DNA from: Octopus vulgaris
Taxonomy: Eukaryota
Assembly (NCBI GenBank): GCA_951406725.2
Contig: OX597824.1
Location: forward strand, 13,950,001 to 14,014,000
Length of the DNA: 64,000 bases
Reading direction: 5' to 3'
Below the pieces are notes generated by a model that saw only the letters and a program-made list of their open reading frames with translations, searched no databases and was not told where the DNA came from. Positions 40,414 through 54,901 of this stretch are shown in pieces. Positions within the stretch are counted from its first letter, which is position 1. Each line of letters starts with the position of its first letter. A program made the position numbers and the translations under genes.

Positions 40414-42377
40414 CGTTGTTTTGTGTAAAACAACTTTGCCACACTTATTCTAATTTAGCTGGTTTGGTGCCTAAACGAGAAGACCATAGAATACACAGAG
40501 GTATCTAACACCTTTCAACTTAACATACGTATATATTTATATGCACATTCTGTATATTCCTTAGTCAACCCTTTTCTATAATATACACCTTTGCTGAAGC
40601 CTCCAAATTATATCCATCATAAACTTTAAATCGTTGCTATATATTATACATAAACCATCCTGGTATTTCTACCTTAGTTATTGATTACATTATATACACC
40701 AATAGGCATATGTTTCAGCACTTAAATGCTCTTCATACAAGAATTCCTCTTATTTAAATATTAAATCAATGTCCATTTAGTGCGCGTTTCGTCACAAAGA
40801 TTGTTTTTGTTTGTTTTTTTGGTTTTGGGGTTTTTTTGTGGGGGTAGTTATACACTAATTTCCACGTCTATACGTGTATCTAATTCTGCATCTACTTAAT
40901 TCTCAGTTGATTCCCTCATCTTTATAAGATACCTTGAAGTATTTACTTCGCTGACGAGGATTAATGAGAGCGAAATAGACCCCTGAAGAGTGAAAGGCAA
41001 GGTCAACCTCGGCTGAATTTGAATTCAAGACGGAAGAAATTACCGCTAAGCATTTTGTCTGGGGCATTATTTTGCGCCTTAATTACTGTCTGCACCCATG
41101 CACGCCCTTGAAAAGTGAGATCTTATCATTTACTTGTTTCAGTCATTGGACTATGGCCATGCTGGGCTCCGCTTTGAAAGGCTTTAGTCGAACAAACCTT
41201 CTCCCGTACTCATTTTTAAATCTGGTGCTTGTTCCATCGGTTTCTTTGGCCGAAACGTTAAGTTATGGGGACGTAAAGAAACTAACATCGGTTGTCGTGC
41301 AGTGAGGGAGAGCGAGGGACAAACAAAAAAAAGGATACAAACACATGAAAATGGCTTCCACACAGTTTCACTCACAAAGCATTGGTCGACTTGTGGGATC
41401 TATAGTAAAAAGACTCTTAGCAAAGCTGCCCTGCAGTGGGAGTGAACCCGAAACTACGTGGTTACAAAGTGGGCTTTTTAACCACAGAACCACCTCTGTA
41501 TTAGTAGTATTGTACACTCGTGATGCTTATAATATCCGTAATTATTACTTCAAATCTAGCCGCCTGAATCATCTGCCAAGAACCTTAATTATTACCTCCA
41601 TTATATACCACCCATGTGAATACTCCAGCCTTGAATCACTCGTTAATATTTACACACAAGAGAAATACATCTCTTCCCCGTTTATTCGTGATATATATGT
41701 TATTATGTACATGCATACGCACATATACGCACCCTGAATGGTATATCAATTTACAGCGCTGGAATTATAACTGTAGACTTGATAGAAGAAATACGAAGAA
41801 ACTTCCCGTTTAGACAACCAACTCCTCTGTTATTTTCTCTTTCTCTTTGTCGCTGTCATTCACTCTCTTCTCTTGCTTTCCCACTATCTCTATCTCTCTA
41901 TCTATCTATCTCTCATTCTCTTTCTCTAACGCCCTGTGTCTCTCGCTTTCCGTCCTAATCTTTCTCTTCTTCACTGCCCCCATCTCCCACTCCTCACGCC
42001 CCCGCCATTTTCTCAGTTTCTCAAATAACTTTCACTTTCTATTTATAATACTCGCCTTTCCAAAGCCTTAACGTGTCTATAAACATTCGTACATAACTAA
42101 GCACAAGCGCTCAAATACACGCACGATTACAGCGCGCGCACACACATACAGGCACACATGTATAAACACACACACACACACATATATATATATGTGTGTG
42201 TGTGTATATATATATATACATACATATATATTATATTATTTATATAAATATAAATAAATATTTTGAAGTGAAAAGATTTACAGATTTTTTCTCTTATGAG
42301 GTTTTTCACGCTAACTACTTGATCATTTCTCATTAAAATTTCTTATTAAGATTTTATCCTATTTTTAAAATTTGTAC

Positions 42378-42457
<80 letters not shown>

Positions 42458-42552
42458 CATATATAATATACACACATATATATATACAAATATATATATA
42501 TATAGTATATATATATATACATACATAAACACATACAAATATATATATATAT

Positions 42553-42897
42553 ATCATCATCATCATCGTTTAACGTCCGCTTTCCATGCTGGCATGAGTT
42601 GGACGATTTGACTGAGGGCTGGCGAACCAGATGGCTGCACCAGACCCCAATCTGATCTGGCAGAGTTTCTACAACTGGATACCCTTCCTAACGCCACGGG
42701 CACGAAGGCCCATCAGGCAATGCTGGCAACGGCCACGCTCGAAAATGGTGTTTTTTACATGCCACCTGCACAGTAGCCAGTCCAGCAGCACTGGCAACGA
42801 CCTCGCTCGAATATCTTTTCGCGTGCCGCCGGTTACAAGTGCCAATAAGGCGACGCTGGTAACGATCACGCACGAATGGTGGTTTTTACGTGCCACC
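42553..42897 (-). mobile_element. RTE-tail-type retroelement fragment with internal ~65-bp tandem subunits
   Basis: Ends ggacgttaaac(gat)n; contains ggcgttaggaagggtatccag; repeated ctggcaacg..tttacgtgccacc units. Confidence 0.55.
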
Positions 42898-43696
42898 ATA
42901 TATATATATATATATATATATGCATACTCATATATATATATGTCATCATTTTTCCCGGCCACCATTAAGTTTCTGATGAAAAGCAGTTCCCGAAAATCTA
43001 CGCTCGAAATTGCTCACGGCTAATTAACTTTAAGCTCTTTGAAGTTTCCTATCAACTGACTTTTATTGTGGCAGACCAGAGTTAATGGGTTGAACTACAA
43101 CCATCAGATAGAACTGCCTTTCAGAACGGCACAATACCTTGTTTTATTTATTTATTTATTTATTTGTTAGGTTTCATTCTGCATTTTTTTTTATTTCCAT
43201 TTATTTCCTTGTAAGATATTTCATTTTAAAATTAAAGATTCTTTTACTAGATGTCATATAAAAACTTATCACCTGAGTAAATTAGAACAGGAATGCAGGT
43301 AATCTTTTCCTTGAATATGTTAAATGCATGTGTTTGCTAGCACATCTGCAAATTTTCTGGCTTGCACGCTGCTTATAATTACTCACACACAAACACAGAC
43401 ACACATCGAAAGTTACATATTATGTATGTGCGAAGGTGCATAGCCAAGTGGGCAGAATGTTGCACTCACAATCGAAAGAATGGGGTTTCGATTCCCAGAC
43501 CGGCTGTGTTCTTGAACCAAACGTTTGATTTCACGTTGCTCCAGTTCACTCAACTTAAAATGGATAGCTGTGCGATGGATTGACGTTCTGTTTTTCGAGG
43601 GTGGGGTATGTTGGCATGCACGCCAAGCTTGCAGGACGACATCATTCGAAAGCTACAACAACGCGATAAAGCGCATTGTAACCAGTAGTGTATATA

Positions 43697-43784
43697 CAGT
43701 AATCCCTCGACTATCGCGGATGTTACGTTCCAAAAACACCCGCGATAGGCGAAAATCCAGGACGTAGAAACAGTACTGTACTGT
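43697..43784. mobile_element. Tigger/pogo-like MITE end
   Basis: TA-CAGTAATCCCTCGACTATCGCGG..GTTCC terminal motif; partner TIR not seen. Confidence 0.55.
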
Positions 43785-43844
43785 ATATTTTTTTTTTTTT
43801 TATTTTTATAATTTTTATATCTCTTTTTTACTATCTCTTTTTTA

Positions 43845-44250
43845 ATTGTTTCAGTCATTTGACTGTAGCCATGCTGGAGCACCGCCTTTTAGTCAAAGAA
43901 ATCGACCCCAGGACTTATTCTTTGTAAGCCTAGTACTTATTCTATCAGTCTCTTTTGTCGAACCGCTAAGTTACGGGGACGTAAACACACCAGCATCGGT
44001 TGTCAAGCGATGTTGCGGGCCAAACACAGACACACAAACGTATACACACACACACACATATATATGTATGTATATACATATATATGACGGGCTTCTTTCA
44101 GTTTCCGTTTACTAAATCTAATCACAAGGCTTTGGTCGGCCCGAGGCTATAGTAGAAGACACTTGCCCAAGGTGCCACGCAGTGAGACTGAACCCGGAAC
44201 CATGTGGTTGGTAAGCAAGCTACTACTTACCACACAGCCACTCCTACGCC
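43845..44250 (-). mobile_element. SINE 'family B', full length
   Basis: Complete match to the B consensus. Confidence 0.9.
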
Positions 44251-44644
44251 TATATGCATATTTATTATAAACGCAAAAGAACACCACGGAGGAATCGACG
44301 TAAGCTTAATAATAAACCACGATATGTGAACTGTGATATGAGGAGAGATAATTGTACAACAGAATCCGATAGCCCGATCGATACAGTGACAAAGAAACAA
44401 CCAATTATCTTATGAACTTCATTAACTTGGAGCTGTTTCACAGCCGTAAGCTAATGAACTAATCGTTTGTTTCTTTGTCTTTTCTTTGCTCTTATTATTG
44501 CTCCGTGCTCGACTAACACTTCGCTCAGAGAAGCCTACTTATTAGCTCTACACCTGGTAGTTAGTATATCGCACCGTTTTAGAACGTAGTTACATTATGA
44601 TCTGTCTGTGGAATTTATGCTTTTGTCTTATATTCTGAATATAT

Positions 44645-45298
44645 ATTTCTTTACTACTCACAAGGGGTTAAACATAGAGGGGACAAACAAGACAGAGAAA
44701 GGGATTAAGTCGATTACATCGACCCCAGTGCGTAACTGGTACTTTATTTTAATGAACCTCGAAAGGATGAAAGGCAAAGTCGACCTGGGCGGAATTTGAA
44801 CTCAGAACGTCATGACAGACGAAATACCTTTTTCTTTATTACACACAAGGGACTAAACAGAGAGGGGACAAACAAGGACAGACAAAGGGATTAAGTCGAA
44901 TACATTGACCCCAGTGCGAAACTGGTACTTTATTTATCGACCCCGAAAGGATGAAAGGCAAAGTTGACCTCGACGGAATTTGAACTCAGAACGTCATGAC
45001 AGACGAAATACCTTTTTCTTTATTACACACAAGGGGCTAAACATAGAGGAGACAAACAAGGACGGACATAGGTATTAAGTCGATTACATCGACCCCAGTG
45101 CGTAAATGATACTTAATTTATCGACCCCGAAAGGATGAAAGGCAAAGTCGACCTGGGCGGAATTTGAACTCAGAACGTAGCGACAGACGAAATACCTAAG
45201 GGGCTAAACACAGAGGAGACAAACAAGGACAGACAGATGGGCTAAGTACAGCTACGCATTTCGCCCGGCGTGCTAACATCTCTGCCAGTTCGCCGCCT
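44645..45298 (-). mobile_element. SINE 'family A' multimer (one head, one partial plus three full body-tail1 units) with ~23-bp TSD
   Basis: ~180-bp units. ttttgtctt(a/t)tattctgaatata at 44621-44643 and 45301-45323. Confidence 0.9.
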
Positions 45299-45338
45299 TA
45301 TTTTGTCTTTTATTCTGAATATAGGCATTGCTCTAAAG

Positions 45339-46251
45339 CAGGGTTTCTCAACCATTTCTTATTTTTACAAATGGACCCCTTACTATTTTATTCTGGTAGA
45401 CCTCCATAGCCATTCGATATTTAAAAACTAGTTTTGTATTGGATTGTCCGGATAGTTCGTGCCGATTTTTAAATCAAAGAAAAAGGTCGATAAATACTTG
45501 CCATTATATTTTTAATCAACCAAATATGAACCATTTTGTTGCACAATGCGTCTCCATCTTTCCTTTAACTTGAAAATACCCTCTTCCCAGAATTCAGGTG
45601 GTTTCATGGCAAAGAATTCATCAAGGTATCATTTTACGTTATCCAAGGAATTGAAATTTTTACCATTAAGACTATTCTGCAGAGACCTGAATAAATGGAA
45701 ATCCGAAAGAGCAATATCTGGTGTATATGGAAGGTGGGGTAACACATCCTAGCCGAGCTGCAGCAATTCTTGTCTGGTTCCCAAAGCATCAAGTGTCGAA
45801 AATGAACTTTCTTATCTTCCATTTTAAAGGGTTACAGAATTAACACAGGTTATAGGAACATAAACCTTCTTCCACGAAAAGATAGCTTAAACTGTGCTGT
45901 AAATGGAGGTGTAGTCAAATCCTATTTTATGAACTCAACCATGTTCTAAAATAAGTCGAAAGGTAAGCTATTATAAATCGGCACGAACTTTCTGGACAAC
46001 CCAATAGAAACTACTTTTAAAATCCCTATTTTGTTTTTCACACATTAACTTGTGTAGGTTGAACTAAGTAAAACGTTAAAGAAACATAACTGTTTCTTGC
46101 GATACAAACCAATACATACATCTAAAATGAAACTTTTTCGAGGGCCCTTAAAATACTATTGCGGATCCCCAATTTATTATTTGTTGTGTGGACACCCAAA
46201 AGTCTTAAATGGACCCTCAGGGGCCTTATAGACCCCGGTTGAGAACCGCTG
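45339..46251. mobile_element. hAT/Charlie-like MITE (host of a nested mariner)
   Basis: TIRs cagggtttctcaacc / ggttgagaaccgctg; perfect 8-bp TSD ctctaaag (45331-45338, 46252-46259). Confidence 0.85.
45439..46004 (-). mobile_element. Internally deleted mariner
   Basis: ~28-bp TIRs with TA TSD. N-terminal MEDKKVHFRHLMLWE is joined to C-terminal ..PYTPDIALSDFHLFRSLQNSL..KLKERWRRIVQQNGSY. Confidence 0.9.
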
Positions 46252-46695
46252 CTCTAAAGAGTAATCTAACTGAGAGTTTAATATTATTTTAATCATGTTG
46301 GTAAACATGGGAGATAACTCCAGACATATATCCGTGCTATTAGACCTCCTCAGCTTCATGGTACTGGTTTAAGTAGTAGGAGAGGATGAGTTCGTAGATG
46401 CACCATATTGTACGTGAGTAAGTGTGAAAACTTAACATATTTAAAAGTAAATCTCTGATGCTAGTTACTCAGAGATATTATCTGCATTAAAAAAAAAACA
46501 ATAAAGTTGGTGTTGACATATATGATGCTGTGAGCTTTGAAAACGTAATTAGAAGGAATTATGAGTAAAAGATAACATTAGTTTAATAAAAAAAAAATAT
46601 TATTTTAATCATAATATACTCGCAAACAGAAAGTTCTTTCTTACTCAGATCTCTCCGTTTCTCTGTCTTTCTGCCCCTATATCTCTCTTTCCTTA

Positions 46696-46758
<63 letters not shown>

Positions 46759-46773
46759 ATATATATATGTATG

Positions 46774-46822
<49 letters not shown>

Positions 46823-46868
46823 GTATACATATGTATATACATATATATATATATACATGTATACATAA

Positions 46869-46912
<44 letters not shown>

Positions 46913-46927
46913 GTATATATATATATG

Positions 46928-46960
<33 letters not shown>

Positions 46961-47004
46961 ATACGTATAGTTATATATGTACATATACACACATACATAT
47001 TTGA

Positions 47005-47092
<88 letters not shown>

Positions 47093-47777
47093 GTGTTACT
47101 CACAAACGCGATAGTTTCAGACGTTACGCAAAGACTAAACAAGTCTTCAGAATTCTTCGCAAGAATTTATCAGATAGAGAGAGGAATAAATATTTCTATG
47201 TTACAATATTTCATTTTTGGTTCAAACGTGTTGCTGGTGTGATGACAGTGGTGGTGGTGGTGGCGGCGGTGGCGGCGGCGACGGCGGTGGCGGCGGCGGT
47301 GGTGGCGGTGGTGGCGGTGGTGGCGGTGGTGGCGGTGGTGGCGGTGGTGGTGGTGGTGGTGGTATTGATGGTGGTGGTGGCGGTGGTGGTGGTGGTGGTG
47401 GTATTGATGGTGGTGGTAGTGGTGGTGGTGGTGTATGGAGTTGTATTGTTGCTTATGTTTATACTGATGTTGCTGATAAGGATGTATTGTTGTTGATGAA
47501 TATAGAACCGTTGATATTGGTGAAGGTGGTGGTGTTGGTGGTGCTGGTGCTGGTGCTGGTGAAGAGGTGGTGGTAATGGCTGTTTTCCTCTTTGTTTATT
47601 TTCCCGTTCTAATACAGGAGCCAAATATTTGCTTTGTATCTTCATCTGTTCATCTCAACATGAAATTATATTTATTATCGTATATAAACGGCCAGAATAG
47701 TACTTTGCGTCTGCTAGCGTGTGAGTCTGTCAGAGATAAACAACAGAGCTTGAGAGACGATGGAGAGAAGGGAATAC

Positions 47778-47824
<47 letters not shown>

Positions 47825-47941
47825 ATGCAAGTGAAGGAATAAGTATGGCTAACATATTATGTAATTCGAGAACGAGAGGTAGATTGTTTTATTGCTCACA
47901 CACACACACGTAAAAATATTCTGTTTATCTATGTGTGTGTT

Positions 47942-47980
<39 letters not shown>

Positions 47981-48043
47981 GTGTGTGTATGTGTATAAAA
48001 CCAAATAACAAGGTATGTATGTGTGTATATATATATTTATATA

Positions 48044-48585
48044 CAGGGTGTGATGGGTAAATTGTCACCATTTTATATTTTCAATTTCGAGTGTACGCAA
48101 TGGGATTATTTTTTATTTTGCCGACTACACAGTATAGTAGGGTCAGTTGGGCACCGTCTGTGAGAAAAACAGCACCTTGATGCAATTCACTCTGCCAGAA
48201 ATTTGGAAACGACATGCTGTACTGCTTGGTATTCGCGCGGGAAGCTCCAATACGCACAATTCAGAGTGTTTGGGTGTCAAGCTGAACACAGCGCAATCTG
48301 AAGACATGTACCAAGAATGATAAAAATTCAAACATCTAGTCAACATCATAATGTTTGGAATGATCACTAGTGATGGCGACGTTATGCCTCCATTCAGCAT
48401 CCCACTCGGCCTCAGACTACATCAAGTACTTGGAGGAGTTAGAGCTGCTGGAAGACCCTATGTCTAGCAACAGGACTCTGCACCATGTCACACAAGCAGG
48501 AGAACCCAGTCATGACTGTCAGACAATTTCTGCGACCACATCACCCCTAAAATCTGGCCACCTAACTCCCTAGACTGCGACCCGT
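48044..48585 (+). mobile_element. Decayed Tc1/mariner-superfamily transposon (possibly DD37D/maT-like)
   Basis: TA-CAGGGTG terminus; frameshifted remnants ITSDGDVMPPF, QQDSAPCHTSRRTQS, WPPNSLDC. Confidence 0.75.
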
Positions 48586-48764
48586 TGTGGTTGGAATAGT
48601 AGTGATTGGAATTGTTCTGAATAAATTTATGTGAAGTAATTGTTTTAAATATATCATTTTTAATATATGCATGTGTATTATTCCAAGGCCCTGGTGATAG
48701 TGTCATTTGTGGTGGATGCAATCAAAAGTGATAAAAAGTGACTCTTTATTAATGTGCTGACTAC

Positions 48765-49680
48765 AGGTTGTATCGTCTCTGAATTGATAGAGGGGAAAAA
48801 TTCTGAAGCTGGTTTGTTTGTTATTGGCGTAAATGTCGATGTGTTCGCTGAATGCTATTTTTCTGTTTTTCGGAATTTTAATTTGGGATCTGTCAGAGCC
48901 ATCCTTTTACGCAGACTGTTTTTGGTTTGGCCTATGTATTGCACATGACACCCAGAGCAAGTTAATACATATATCAGGTTCTCCTAAGCACATGTGAAGT
49001 TGCTTTTCACTGTGAAACGTTGACCCTGTTTGAAAGAGAACTCTGATCCCTCAATTAGGTTGACACATATACCACAGTTAGGCCTTCCGCATTTTTTACT
49101 AACGGCTTCAGTGTTGTTGTTGAGCGTACTCGGGCTTGTGTTAGGAGACTTTTCATAGATTTGAGCTGTCTTTTGCTCTTTGTGGTGTGCATTTGGAGGA
49201 TTAAATTCATTCTATGGTCCCTTTTTAGTAGGGGAATGTTTTGGAGGATGGTGTCGAAGGCTTCATTGTTAAGAGGGTTGTGTGTGGAGATGTATGATAG
49301 GGCTTTTGGTTGTAAATCTTTCTTTAATTTGTGATATCTGAGTTCGTGGATGTTGAGTTGTAGGGGACGTTGAAAGTATATATCAGTTAGTGATGGTGGG
49401 TAGTTCCTGGTGATGACTGTATCCTTTAGTTCATGTAGTCGTATGTCCCTCGTTCTTGTATTAGAAACTATAGTACAAATCCTTTTTGCTAGGTTGAAGG
49501 GGACATTCTAGTATGTCTGGGGTGGCATGAGTTGAACGGTAGATATTCCTTGGAGTCCGTGGGCTTATAGTATATATCTGTTTCTATTTCGTTGTTAGAT
49601 TTCGAGGATGTCGAGGAAAGGAAGTTGTTGATGGCTATATTCCATGGTGAATTGAATGTTTACGTCAAGTCCATTTATAA
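48765..49680 (-). mobile_element. Penelope-like element fragment (RT thumb + Cys linker + GIY-YIG endonuclease), pseudogenised
   Basis: Minus translations NIQFTMEYSHQQLPFLDI, ETDIYYKPTDSKEYLPFNSCHP, KKCGRPNCGIC, NLIYVLTCSGCHVQYIGQTKNSLRKRM, with stops and frameshifts. Confidence 0.9.
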
Positions 49681-49736
49681 GTGCTTGCAACCCTTTAAGT
49701 CTCTCTACACTTTCACATATATATATATATATACAT

Positions 49737-49956
49737 TGGTTTCAAATTTTGGCACAAGGCCAGCAATTTCGGGGTGGTGGCGGTGATTAGTCGATTGCAT
49801 TGACCCCAATGCTGAACAAGGTACTTGTTTTATCGACCCCGAAAGGGATGAAAGATAAAGTCGACCTCGGTGGAGTTTGAACTCGGAACGTAAAAACGGA
49901 CGAAATGCCACTAAGCATTTTGTACGGCATGCTAACGTTTCTGCCAGCTCGCCGCA
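49737..49956 (-). mobile_element. SINE 'family A' monomer (older)
   Basis: Head-body-tail2-like match. Confidence 0.8.
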
Positions 49957-50247
49957 TTAAAAACCAAATTTAATATTGCAATAAGTTTAGGATGTCGATA
50001 TATTTTACAGCGTGTAATATCTCAGATATCATGATGAGAAAAATAATCTCTGTGCAATCAAGTTAGTATCACATACATTCGCGGGTATTTTGTGTTGAGC
50101 TAACATCTCCAAAGATACGTTGAAAAGAGTAGGAACATAACATATAATTATATAATTGCATTTGAAAGACAAAACCACCTCCTTTTAGAACAGTTGTGTA
50201 ATCTTTAGAGATTCATATGCACGTTCAAGGTAATATATATTCATATA

Positions 50248-50328
<81 letters not shown>

Positions 50329-52060
50329 GCATGTATGTACGTATGTATGTATGTATGTATGTATGTGTGTATGTATGTATGTATGAATGTATATGTATGT
50401 GTGTACATATTTATATATACATATATATGTGTGTATATGTGTGTGTATGTGTATGAACGTATGATGTAAGCGTGTTCACATACACAACATACACATACAA
50501 CAGTTTATCCACCTAGACAGATAGTTAGATATGTGTGTGTGTGTGTTTGTACATGTGTGTGTATGTGTGTCTGTACATGTGAGTGTATGTGTGTGTACGT
50601 GTGTGTGTATATATATTTATATATTATATCATATATATATGTGTGTGTGTGTATGTGTGTGCTTTTGTTTGTTTGTATGCATGCATGTATGTATGTATGT
50701 ATGTATGTATGTATGTATGTATGTATGTATGTATGTATGTATATGTGCTTACGCACAAGAGTATATATTTTCTGGAGCTGGTATTACGTTTTAAGATTTC
50801 ATAAGCATCTTGAGGTTTTCACCGTGTTTCATCCTGTTTGGCACGCCAACCATTTTCGGTCGTTGACTCATAACTGGTTGCCATATTGACTACCGATTTG
50901 TATCTGGCCAAGAAACTGCTATCAGTGGTTCGCAACCAGCCACCGACTCGGTATCCGCAATATAAAGGCTATGGTCTGAAGACACTTACCCTAGCTGCCG
51001 CACTGTGATATCGGACCCGAAAACATGTCCTTACGAAGTGGCTATTTGAACCTCACTGCTATGTCTGCTCCTCTGCTTAAGGCTTACTCCTCCGTCCTAT
51101 TCTGTTGTATAAACCTATGTTTTATTGCTACAGAAGTTCATCAACTGTTTTATGAAGACCTCAGTAGCCCGTGGCCGATTTGTCCATGCTAGTTGTAGGC
51201 TTATCCATTCACATCTACCAACTGAAAGTTGGATTGAGTGCTCCATTGATCGGGCGAGAAACTGAACTTCGGAGTCAGCGTCGAAACGAAATTTTAACTG
51301 AGAACATAAAAAATCGGAGCAGATACTGCATGGATTCCATCCAATTCTCTAACAACTTTTCAATTTCTATTTGCTACACTTATTGACCGTGAAAGACTGG
51401 GAGGAAATGTTTGGTATCGATTGGATTTAAACTCCAAGCTCAGAATACTGCAAAACAGATTAACTACTGCGCCATCGACTCTGTCAATTCGCCTAAATTT
51501 TACCCATGATTAAAATTTATCCAACAAAGAAATAGAAATGTGGTGGGTTGCAAGAATCTTCCGTGTGATTTCTCGTCACTATTGGTTACAGACGGAATTA
51601 TTCAGCCAGTCACTTTGATTTATCCAATGCTAAGAAAGTTCTGAGATGATTCGAAATTCGTTGCTTAATAATAATAAGTACCATAACAATTACTACTAGT
51701 TCAGTATCTACCAAAGAGTCGTTCTTTCTCTCCAGATATTTGTTAATTCCATAGCTCTCAGGTAACAAGCTCCTGACAAGTTATACATGTTCGTCATGCA
51801 GAGTGCATCCTATTTTGACCATATTTTCAGATGATAGGTTCCCCGAAAGACGATGAAAACGTTTCTTCGTGATCGCTCAACCAGCTATATAGTCAAATTA
51901 ATCGAAAATTGCACTTTACTGTCTTCCAAATAAATGATACATTTGACAACGTAGACTCAGATATACAAAAAGATGAGATATACTGATTGGAATCATTTAA
52001 CCGTAGATCTGCTCAATCAGGACTGACATGCAGTTAAGTATCTTCAACAGCAACTACAGT

Positions 52061-52411
52061 GGAGGCGCAATGGCCCAGTGGTTAGGGCAGCAGACTCGCG
52101 GTCGGAGGATTGCGGTTTCGATTCCCAGACCGGGCTTTGTGTACGTTTATTGAGCGATAACACCTAAAGCTCCACGAGGCTCCGGCAGGGGGTGATGGCG
52201 ACCCCTGTTGTACTCTTTCGCTCCAACTTTCTCTCTCTTTCTTCCTACGCAACCGCTGAGCCTAGATGCGCATTCATCCATCTGTCGATGCTCTCGGTGT
52301 CGGGGTTGACCTGCTTTCTCTTCTGAGGGTCTTACGAATAGCAAAGGACCACGTTTCGAACTTCTCCCACTAATGGGACGAATACCGCTTCGCTCAATAA
52401 ACAAACAAACA
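52061..52411 (+). mobile_element. SINE 'family C' with a third type of 3' tail
   Basis: Family C head; unique tail ending (aaac)n. TSD aacagcaactaca at 52046-52058 / 52412-52424. Confidence 0.8.
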
Positions 52412-52796
52412 AACAGCAACTACAACTACTGTTAACATACAAAGCTTTCTATGATGATCCAAATGACAAATGGACTTCCCAATGCGTTTTCACTTTAGAT
52501 TGAAAGAAATACTATTGCGTGGATTACCCAAAAATAAAGTACAGTCGGAAGGGAATTAATGATAAATCTTCTGCAATGGGTTGAAGTCGTAAATTTATTT
52601 CCCTTTATTTAGGGTACTGAATTTACTGAATTTATATCAAATTTGTAAACTTAGGAGAAAAATTTATAAGCTCACTCAAACTAAATTAACTCCATAGCCT
52701 TTACCGTGGTGTTATTTTAGTGAAGTACACTCTTTTGCAAGCATTGAAAGCAGGGCTCTGAACCGAGGGTAACTTATTCTCTTTTCCCTGCTAGTC

Positions 52797-53114
52797 TTAG
52801 AGATCCTAAAAAGGGCCATGGGTGAATGACCTATACATAAGCTTCCCTCTTATTCATGAATTCTTCTACGACTTCTTTCAAATTTCTCTGAAGTTTAATG
52901 TATTAAAATGATTTCTGGAAAACTACCAAATACTGTTGCAGGGTCTAGACTCATTTTAGAGATCCTAAAAAGGGCCATGGGTGAATGACCTATACATAAT
53001 CTTCCGTCTTATTCATGAATCCTTGTACGACTTCGTTCTAATTTCTCTAAAGTTTAATGTATTAAAATGATTTCTGGAAAACTACCAAATACTGTTGCAG
53101 GGTCTAGTCTCATT
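52797..53114. repeat. Tandem duplication, 159-bp period x2
   Basis: ttagagatcctaaaaagggccatggg..gcagggtctag(a/t)ctcatt at 52797 and 52956. Confidence 0.9.
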
Positions 53115-53800
53115 CTATATATGGCGATTGTTGCATTATCGTTTAAATCGAAGCAATTGGTGGTCTCCATCATTGAATGCACGCTTGAGTGTTTTAATTT
53201 CATTTCTGCAAGCGAAGTAATAAACGAAATATCGAATTGTTTAATTCTCTGGCAAAGCTATTAAAAAAATCGAGCTATTGCCAAGGACCGGATATGGACC
53301 TACAAAGCATCGATTGAGAAATCGATGATATCCAGTGTTCAATTCAGGAAATTCAATCGAAACTAGAAACATAGACAGAGATCATCCAATGATCAATTGT
53401 CATTAATCTGATTCATTAATCATAAAAAATATTAATACTACTACAATTGCTACAATTACTACTACTACAACGACGACGACGATGACTGCTGCTACTACTA
53501 CTACTGCTACTACTACTGCTACTGCTGCTACTTCTTATTGTGTTGTTGCTCCCTTATCAGCTCTAGTTTTGCATACTTGTAGTGACATACGTTCCAACCG
53601 TAACCGCCCCATTGTTTTGTTTATCAAGACTTTTGTCGTCCTATGCGCCTCTCATTTTTAATGAAATTTTGCTGCTGTTTCTAGCAGGTCGAGTAAACGT
53701 ATTCAAGAGCTCTCGATGTCGCGTGCTGTAATTTCATTGGACCCCGGTCGGCGTTATTGCCATTTATTACAGAATGTGCTGTACTCGTAATTACAGTAAT

Positions 53801-53846
<46 letters not shown>

Positions 53847-53888
53847 ACACACACACTCATATACACACAAACACACTCACATATACAT

Positions 53889-53927
53889 GTCTGGTGACGG
53901 CGACCGAACCGAAACTTCGAAGTCACT
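53889..53927 (+). ncRNA. Hammerhead-like fold, same family as 2618-2658
   Basis: gt-CTGGTGA-c-gg..cc-GAAA-cttcgaag-TC-ac. Downstream agtcact(g/a)tcaac is shared with the 2.6 kb copy. Core A6>G. Confidence 0.5.
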
Positions 53928-53979
53928 GTCAACCGCCTTGTAAAAGGTATTGAGCGATCCTTTGAATGAATGCTAACTT

Positions 53980-54136
<157 letters not shown>

Positions 54137-54321
54137 TGTCACTAAATTCGACTAAGGGCGTCACACACACACACATATATTCTCATGAAAACAAATATAT
54201 ATATGTGCATAGTTATATATACACAAGTATATGCACATCTACACAGATAGATAGATAGATAGATAGATACATACATACATACATACATACATACATACAT
54301 ACAAACATACATACATACATA

Positions 54322-54767
54322 CATCACAACCATATGTGCGCGACATGGTGATCTCATATCAAGATAAACAGCGCATGACCTTGCAGGTGGGGCCCAGTTA
54401 GAATTTTCTTCAGGTTGATTAACCTATCCCGCTCAAAAGGTCCCTGAATAAGGGTTGTTTAAGGATGTTGAATGAAACACCCATGTTTCCAGTGGTGAAT
54501 TATTCAAACCCCAAAGAATTCCTCTCAACGCATGGCTATGATGCTCCCCAACTACTTCTGCTCGTGATCAGAGATGCACATAACGTCAGCCACTAAGGGA
54601 CATGCTCAAATGGTTACGGTCAAACAACTGACAAGCAAATCTGTGGTATTGAGCAGAATATTTGCTGTAGCCCATCTTTTATACCAAAACAAAACAATGT
54701 ACATAACTCTTCCAATCAGTTAAGATAAGAAGCCACGAGAGCCACTGTCTGGTACTGCATCAGGACA

Positions 54768-54768
<1 letters not shown>
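54322..54768. mobile_element. Non-coding repeat 'family E' (truncated copy) abutting (TTA)n
   Basis: High identity to 57240-57687. Confidence 0.8.
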
Positions 54769-54838
<70 letters not shown>

Positions 54839-54870
54839 CATCATCATCATTATCATCATCGTCGTCGTCG

Positions 54871-54901
<31 letters not shown>

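Noticed and set aside
40945-40980. CTGACGA...GAAA as a hammerhead (also 58833-58865 and 63035-63060)
   Set aside because: Core-like words are present but stems do not pair; at best truncated relics.
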